Assembly: GCA_017542885.1 (NCBI GenBank)
Contig: JAFXWH010000101.1
Span: 1-40,469, forward strand
Direction of reading: 5' to 3'
Length of the DNA stretch: 40,469 nt
Source of the DNA: Bacilli bacterium
GTDB lineage: Bacteria; Bacillota_I; Bacilli_A; RFN20; CAG-826
A model generated the notes under the pieces. That model searched no databases, was not told the DNA's origin, and was given only the letters and a program-made list of their open reading frames with translations. Within the stretch, counting starts at the first letter, position 1; every line of letters begins with the position of its first letter. Position numbers and translations under genes: made by a program. Below are positions 35,145-40,469 of the stretch, in pieces.

Positions 35145-36989
35145 ATGGAAGAAGAGAAAAAGGAAATGACGTTCAGCGAGCTCATCAACGCCATCGCTGA
35201 AGGCAAAGGAATCAGCCGCGATTCCGTCTTAGCCGCACTCAAAGAGGCCATGGAGACCTCTTACATCAAGTTCCTCAAAGGCGGAGACGACGCCATCGTC
35301 GAAGCCAAGATCATCGAGGAGGAGGATGGCAGCGTCCATGCCACCCTTTGCCAGAAGAAGAAGATCGTCAAGGAAGTCGAAGACGATTACCTCGAGATCA
35401 GCAAGGAAGACGCCAAAGAGGATGCCGAGGCCACAATCGCTCACTTAGAAGAGGAGATCGATTACCTCAAACGTCCAAGAGGCGAGGAAAAGAAAGAGAA
35501 AGAAGACCTCAAATACCTCCTTGCTCTCGTCAAAGAAGAGAAGAAGAACATCAAACTCAACAACTTCTATAGCATCTATTGCCCTCTCAACGAACTTACG
35601 AAGCTCACCGCCGTGAGCATCCGCACCATCCTTCGCAACAAGATCGGCGAGGCTGAAAGAGTCGCTCTCTATGACATCTACAAGGATCACATCGGAGAGA
35701 TGCTCACCGGCATCGTCGAAAGAAGCGATGAGAAAGGTGTCGCCATCAAGGTCGGAAGAACCGTCATCGAACTCAATAAGAAAGACATGATCGGCGATGA
35801 GTACTTCAAACCAGGCGAGACCATCAAGGTCTATATCCAAGAGGTCAAGAGCGTCGATGTCGACGGCGTCAAGAAAGGACCTCAGATCGAAGTCACCCGT
35901 TCCTCCGAAGGTTTCTTAAAGAGGCTCTTCGAAGAGGAAATCCACGAAATCTATGAAGGCGTTGTCATCATCAAAGGCATCGCCCGTATCGCTGGTCTTC
36001 GTTCCAAAGTGGCCGTCTATTCGACCAAAGAGGACATCGACCCAACCGGCGCTTGCATCGGTCAGGGTGGAAGCCGCATCCAGAAGATCGTCGCCCAGCT
36101 TGGCAACAGCCACGAGAAAGAGAAGATCGACATCATCCCATATAGCGAAGATCCATCTCTCTACATCGCCGAATCTCTCCGCCCAGCCCAGGTCGTTGGC
36201 GTCGCCATCAAACCTGAGACCGAGGAAGAAGGCAAATCCGCCATCGCCGTCGTCAAAGACGATCAGTACTATGTCGCTCTTGGCAAGAAGAACGCCAACA
36301 TCCGTTTAGCCAAGAGACTCACCGGCTACTCCATCGAGATCTACGAGGAGCAAAAAGCCCTCGATGATGGCATCGAATACGAATCCATCGAGGATATCAG
36401 AGCTAGAGTCGAAGAAGACAAGCGTGCCAAAGAGCGTGTCAACTACGCTGAGCGTTCACTCCGCCTCGCCGAGGAGCGTGAAGCCCTCCGTCAGGCCGAA
36501 GAGCAAGAGAAAGCCGCCCTTGCCGCCGAAGAAGAGGTTGAGGAAGCCCCAATCGTTGAGGAAACCCCAATCGTCGTCGCCAAGCAACCTGTCACCAAAG
36601 TCAAACCTGGCAAGATCCTTGATGAGGTTGAGCCAATCGCTGAGCCTGAGCCAGTCAAGGAACCAGAGCCAGAGGTGAAAGTCGAAGTCAAGACCACGAC
36701 CTCCCTTGATGAGCTTGAGAAATCCCTCAACACCAAGACCGAGAAGAAGGTCGAGACCGGCAAGAAGCACTCCGTCAAGAAAGAGGAGAAGCGTCCTCGC
36801 AAGATCAGCGAGAAAGAGATCGCCCACGAGAAACCTCTTGAGCCTCTCATGAACACCATGCCGATCTACACAGAGGAGGAACTCGCTGAGGTTGAGGCCG
36901 AAGAAGAGAATGAGGCCGACTACTACAACGAGGAAGACGAGAACCTCGAGTACGAGTACAACGACGAGTACGACGACGATCTCAGATAA
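35145..36989 (+). CDS. nusA: transcription termination factor NusA
   Basis: S1 and KH motifs LKRLFEEEIHEIYEG, RIAGLRSKVAV, DPTGACIGQGGSRI, EKIDII, ALGKKNANIRLA; acidic C-tail. Confidence 0.96.
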   Translation: MEEEKKEMTFSELINAIAEGKGISRDSVLAALKEAMETSYIKFLKGGDDAIVEAKIIEEEDGSVHATLCQKKKIVKEVEDDYLEISKEDAKEDAEATIAHLEEEIDYLKRPRGEEKKEKEDLKYLLALVKEEKKNIKLNNFYSIYCPLNELTKLTAVSIRTILRNKIGEAERVALYDIYKDHIGEMLTGIVERSDEKGVAIKVGRTVIELNKKDMIGDEYFKPGETIKVYIQEVKSVDVDGVKKGPQIEVTRSSEGFLKRLFEEEIHEIYEGVVIIKGIARIAGLRSKVAVYSTKEDIDPTGACIGQGGSRIQKIVAQLGNSHEKEKIDIIPYSEDPSLYIAESLRPAQVVGVAIKPETEEEGKSAIAVVKDDQYYVALGKKNANIRLAKRLTGYSIEIYEEQKALDDGIEYESIEDIRARVEEDKRAKERVNYAERSLRLAEEREALRQAEEQEKAALAAEEEVEEAPIVEETPIVVAKQPVTKVKPGKILDEVEPIAEPEPVKEPEPEVKVEVKTTTSLDELEKSLNTKTEKKVETGKKHSVKKEEKRPRKISEKEIAHEKPLEPLMNTMPIYTEEELAEVEAEEENEADYYNEEDENLEYEYNDEYDDDLR

Positions 36990-37228
36990 TGAAAATAATC
37001 AACGACAGAACGGACATCGTCTCACGCAAGCGTTTCCCGCGTGAGACCCTCCTCCGTCTCGTGATAAAGGATGACAAACTCATCCTCGATGAAGGGAAAA
37101 CCCTCAAAGGACGAGGGGTTTATCTCAAAAAGGGTAGTGGAAAGGACGCCATCAAAAAGGCTTCCTTAAACCGTTACCTCCATCGTCCAATCAGCAAAGA
37201 AGAAGAGGAACTCTTGGAGAAGCTATGA
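36989..37228 (+). CDS. ylxR: YlxR/RnpM family RNA-binding protein
   Basis: RTDIVSR..LLRLV..GRGVYL; conserved position after nusA. Confidence 0.88.
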   Translation: MKIINDRTDIVSRKRFPRETLLRLVIKDDKLILDEGKTLKGRGVYLKKGSGKDAIKKASLNRYLHRPISKEEEELLEKL

Positions 37229-37551
37229 GCCAGAATGACGCGTTAGGATTCCTAGGTCTCTTATACCCGACTCACCAGGTCATCATCGGTGAGGAGCTTC
37301 ATAGGAGAATGAGCGAAGTCACCCTCGTGGTAACCGCTACCGACATCGATAGCGGAGAATCTCTTCGCACCCTTGGGAGAATCAAACGCGCCCACAAACC
37401 TCTCTCGCAGACCTTCACGTCGAAGGAACTCGGCAAAGCCTTAGGCCATGCTGAGATCAAATTCCTCGGCATCATCGGCAAAAAAGCCGCCATGAGCTAT
37501 CTTCTTAAGCTCAAGAAAGGAGAAAAAGATGAAAAAACCGCAGTTCAATAA
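37225..37551 (+). CDS. ylxQ: L7Ae family RNA-binding protein YlxQ
   Basis: LGFLGL, ATD, ELGKALG; between ylxR and infB. Confidence 0.8.
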   Translation: MSQNDALGFLGLLYPTHQVIIGEELHRRMSEVTLVVTATDIDSGESLRTLGRIKRAHKPLSQTFTSKELGKALGHAEIKFLGIIGKKAAMSYLLKLKKGEKDEKTAVQ

Positions 37552-39391
37552 CAAGAAGGGCGGCCAAAACAAAAACCATAGCGGTTTCCGTCAGGCCAAC
37601 TTCGAATCCCGTCCGAAGAAGAAAGAGGATTTCGCCAAGGTCAACGGCGGTGTCTTCGTCTACTCCAAACCGCTTACGGTCGCTGAGCTCTCCAAAGCCA
37701 TCAACGTCCCAATCCCAGCCATCATCAAATACATGTTCATGAATGGCAAAGCCGTCACCATCAATCAGTTGCTCGATGATGAGATGATCGGCACCATCTG
37801 CTTAGAATACGGCTATGACTTCAAGAAAGAGGAAATCGTCGATGCCGAGCATTTCGAAGACCTCAAGATTGAAGATGATCCTTCTTCCTTGGTTGAGCGT
37901 GCCCCAGTCGTTTCCGTCATGGGCCACGTCGACCATGGCAAGACCTCGATCATCGATGCCATCAGACATAGTGATCTCTGTTCCAAAGAGGCCGGCGGCA
38001 TCTCCCAAGCCATCGGCGCTTATCAGAAAGAATACAAAGGAAAGAAGATCACCATCATCGACACTCCAGGGCACGAAGCCTTCACGGCCATGAGAGCCCG
38101 CGGTGCGGATGCGACTGACATCACCGTCCTCGTCGTCGCCGCCGATGACGGCGTCATGCCTCAGACCATCGAGGCCATCAACCACGCCAAAGCCGCCAAC
38201 TGCGAGATCATCGTCGCCATCAACAAGATGGATAAGCCAGGAGCCGACCCAGACAGAGTCAAGAATGAGCTCATGGCCCATGACGTCATCGCCGAGGATT
38301 ACGGTGGCGAGGTCATGACCGTCGAAGTCTCCGCCAAAACCGGCAAAGGAATCGACGACCTTCTCGATGCCATCCTCGCCAAAGCCGAGATGATGGAGCT
38401 TAAAGCCAATCCAAACAGATTCGCCATCGGCACCGTCCTCGAAGCCAAGCTCGATAAGGGTGAGGGCCCAAAAGCCACTCTCCTTGTCCAAAATGGCACC
38501 ATCGCCGCTAGCGACTATGTCGTCGTCGGTGAGATCTATGGCAAGATCAGAAGGATGACCAACGAATATAACGCCGTCCTCAAATCCGCCGGCCCATCGA
38601 CACCAGTGGCCGTCACCGGTTTATCCGCCGTCCCAATGGCAGGCGACCGTTTCATGGCTTTCCCAACTGAGAAAGAAGCCAAAGAAATCGCCGAAAGACG
38701 CGCCCTTGAGAAACAAAAGCAAGAGAGAAGCGCCAGTGCGGCCATGTCTCTTAGCGATCTCAACAACCTCGTCAACGCCGGAAAGATCCAAGACGTCAAT
38801 ATCATCATCAAAGCCGATACGGAAGGTTCCGCTGAGGCCATGAAAGCCAATATCGAGAAGCAAAGCAACGACCAAGTCAAGATCAAGGTCTTGGCCGCAA
38901 GCGCTGGCGCTATCAATGATAGCGACCTTCTCCTCGCCCAAGCCTCTAAGGCCATCATCTATGGCTTCAATATCCGTCCAGATGCCCGCATCACCGCCAA
39001 AGCCAATGAGGCAGGCGTCGAAATCAGAACGCACCAGATCATCTACGAAGTACTCGAGGAAATCGAGGCCCTCGTCAAGGGTATGTATAAGGCCGAGCAA
39101 GTCGAGCAGGTCACCGGTCAGGCTGAGATCAGACACATCTACAAGATCTCGAAGATCGGCACCATCGGTGGTTCCTATGTCACTAGCGGCACCATCAAAG
39201 CCGGAAGCAAGATCCGTCTTCTTAGAGCAGGCGTTGTCGTCTACACTGGCGAACTCGCTGGCTTAAAGAGATTCAAAGACGATGCCAAAGAGGTCCGTGA
39301 AGGATACGAATGCGGCATCTCGATCAAAAATTACAACGACATCAAAGAAGGCGACATCGTCGAAGGCTACGAGATGGTCGATAAGGAGTAG
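37529..39391 (+). CDS. infB: translation initiation factor IF-2
   Basis: [37 protein letters not shown]. Confidence 0.98.
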   Translation: MKKPQFNNKKGGQNKNHSGFRQANFESRPKKKEDFAKVNGGVFVYSKPLTVAELSKAINVPIPAIIKYMFMNGKAVTINQLLDDEMIGTICLEYGYDFKKEEIVDAEHFEDLKIEDDPSSLVERAPVVSVMGHVDHGKTSIIDAIRHSDLCSKEAGGISQAIGAYQKEYKGKKITIIDTPGHEAFTAMRARGADATDITVLVVAADDGVMPQTIEAINHAKAANCEIIVAINKMDKPGADPDRVKNELMAHDVIAEDYGGEVMTVEVSAKTGKGIDDLLDAILAKAEMMELKANPNRFAIGTVLEAKLDKGEGPKATLLVQNGTIAASDYVVVGEIYGKIRRMTNEYNAVLKSAGPSTPVAVTGLSAVPMAGDRFMAFPTEKEAKEIAERRALEKQKQERSASAAMSLSDLNNLVNAGKIQDVNIIIKADTEGSAEAMKANIEKQSNDQVKIKVLAASAGAINDSDLLLAQASKAIIYGFNIRPDARITAKANEAGVEIRTHQIIYEVLEEIEALVKGMYKAEQVEQVTGQAEIRHIYKISKIGTIGGSYVTSGTIKAGSKIRLLRAGVVVYTGELAGLKRFKDDAKEVREGYECGISIKNYNDIKEGDIVEGYEMVDKE

Positions 39392-39393
39392 TT

Positions 39394-39759
39394 ATGGCAG
39401 ATAGGAATGGCAGAATCAAAGCCGTCATCGCTAGGAACATCTCCGACATCTTGATGTTCGAGCTCAAGAACTCGCATATCGGCATGCCATCGGTCAATGA
39501 GGTCATCGTCGCTAACGATTATTCGTTCGCTAAAGTCTATGTTTCCTTCCTTGGAGCGAAATATCCTCTGCAAAACCTTGCCGAATTAAACCGCTGCAAA
39601 GGTTATGTAAGGAGTTCCTTGGCCAAGAAGATCGACCTCCGCAAAGTCCCTGAGCTCACCTTCCTTCTTGATGACACTTTCTATAAGGACGAGAGAATCA
39701 ACGCCGCCCTTAAGAGAGAAGAGGAACAGATCGAAAAGGCTCACAAAGAGAGCAAATAA
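39394..39759 (+). CDS. rbfA: 30S ribosome-binding factor A
   Basis: DYSFAKVYVS, KGYVRSSLAK, LRKVPELTF. Confidence 0.95.
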   Translation: MADRNGRIKAVIARNISDILMFELKNSHIGMPSVNEVIVANDYSFAKVYVSFLGAKYPLQNLAELNRCKGYVRSSLAKKIDLRKVPELTFLLDDTFYKDERINAALKREEEQIEKAHKESK

Positions 39760-39766
39760 ACAAACT

Positions 39767-39795
39767 AAAAAGACACGCCTCAGTGGCGTGTTTTT
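39767..39795 (+). terminator. terminator of nusA-infB operon
   Basis: GACACGCC-TCAGT-GGCGTGTT-TTT. Confidence 0.8.
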
Positions 39796-39817
39796 ATTAT
39801 GTTCTGTGTATTGCTAG

Positions 39818-39849
39818 TGTGTTGACAATAGCAACACAAATGATAATCT
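39818..39849 (+). promoter_or_regulatory. antitoxin promoter with overlapping inverted-repeat operator
   Basis: TGTGTTG-ACAATAG-CAACACA (39818-39838) overlapping TTGACA (39822-39827); TGATAATCT downstream. Confidence 0.65.
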
Positions 39850-39870
39850 TTTCTTAAAGAGGAAAAAATT

Positions 39871-40140
39871 ATGGCGAATATCAATATAAGAATAGATGGG
39901 GAGATAAAAAAGAAAGCTGAACAGGTTTTTTCGAAGCTTGGAATGACCCCGACCACAGCGATCACCCTTTTCTATAACCAAGTCATCAGGACCAAAAGCA
40001 TTCCTTTTGAACTTCATGCCGACATCCCAAACGAGGAAACCGTTGAGGCCATTAAGGAAATCGATGATATGGAAAAGCACCCAGAAAAGGGGAAAACATA
40101 TAGCAATATAGATGAGTTAGTGGACGATTTGCTTAAATAA
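39871..40140 (+). CDS. RelB/DinJ family antitoxin (no cognate toxin downstream)
   Basis: NINIRID..KKKAE.VF..LGMT.TTAI..F..Q....IPF..PNEET..AI..K.Y...EL..DL pattern. Confidence 0.9.
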   Translation: MANINIRIDGEIKKKAEQVFSKLGMTPTTAITLFYNQVIRTKSIPFELHADIPNEETVEAIKEIDDMEKHPEKGKTYSNIDELVDDLLK

Positions 40141-40148
40141 TATGCGTT

Positions 40149-40182
40149 AAGAAATAAGGCCTTAGGCCTTTTTTTCTTATTT
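40149..40182 (+). terminator. intrinsic terminator after antitoxin
   Basis: AAGAAATAAGGCC-TTA-GGCCTTTTTTTCTT. Confidence 0.7.
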
Positions 40183-40302
40183 AATAAGACTACAGTTTAT
40201 ATTGTTTTTGAATTGCTGTACAATTTTAGAGTCAAAGCAACATCTTTAATGAAATAAGAGGACAATCATTTCGGTTGCCTTCTTAAGAAAGGAATGTTTT
40301 TC

Positions 40303-40469
40303 ATGAAGAAGTTTTTCAAGGTCCTGACAATTCTTGCCTTCCCTTTGATGACCGTCAGCTGTGTCAATGAAGGCGGAGCCAGCAGTGCTGCTCCAGGAAC
40401 ATCAGAGGCCCCATCATCCCCATCAACCTCAGCCTTAGCCTCAACCGCAGGCTCATCCGTCTCAAGCGT
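40303..40469 (+). CDS. lipoprotein, partial (runs off window)
   Basis: AAAGGA SD; MKKFFKVLTILAFPLMTVSC then Ser/Ala/Pro-rich linker; open to window end. Confidence 0.75.
   Translation, partial: MKKFFKVLTILAFPLMTVSCVNEGGASSAAPGTSEAPSSPSTSALASTAGSSVSS

Noticed and set aside
35229-39266. Many long antisense and alternate-frame ORFs over nusA and infB (and most other genes)
   Set aside because: Expected shadows of strong codon bias; no SDs or recognisable motifs
39814-40080. Antisense ORF over the antitoxin as a hidden toxin
   Set aside because: Shadow frame with no RelE/YafQ or type I toxin features

Overview
Chromosomal window from a genome-reduced, low-GC Gram-positive-type bacterium (Bacilli, most like Erysipelotrichales/RFN20/Acholeplasma-like gut or rumen lineages; inferred from the short IF2, extended NusA, many lipoproteins and UGA used as a stop). 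Contents in order: an FtsX/MacB-type ABC exporter; a surface endonuclease-I coupled to pncB; a Fur/Zur-headed zinc uptake operon with a clear operator; MATE; an Fe-ADH-galM-galT-rimO run; tRNA-Thr(GGT) followed by accessory genes; a membrane GGDEF cyclase; a Big_2/CBM-like lipoprotein with a structured leader and a frameshifted start; cysE and a flavoprotein; a first three-gene lipoprotein array; guanine deaminase; DegV; a second three-gene lipoprotein array; the rimP-nusA-ylxR-ylxQ-infB-rbfA operon; and an orphan RelB/DinJ antitoxin. I saw no CRISPR array, transposase or integrase. The best leads are (1) an attenuator leader before guanine deaminase that resembles a divergent ykkC-type riboswitch, (2) the structured leader and -1 frameshift at the Big_2/CBM lipoprotein, (3) the two paralogous lipoprotein arrays and (4) several apparently leaderless genes. 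All assignments were made by eye, without searches.
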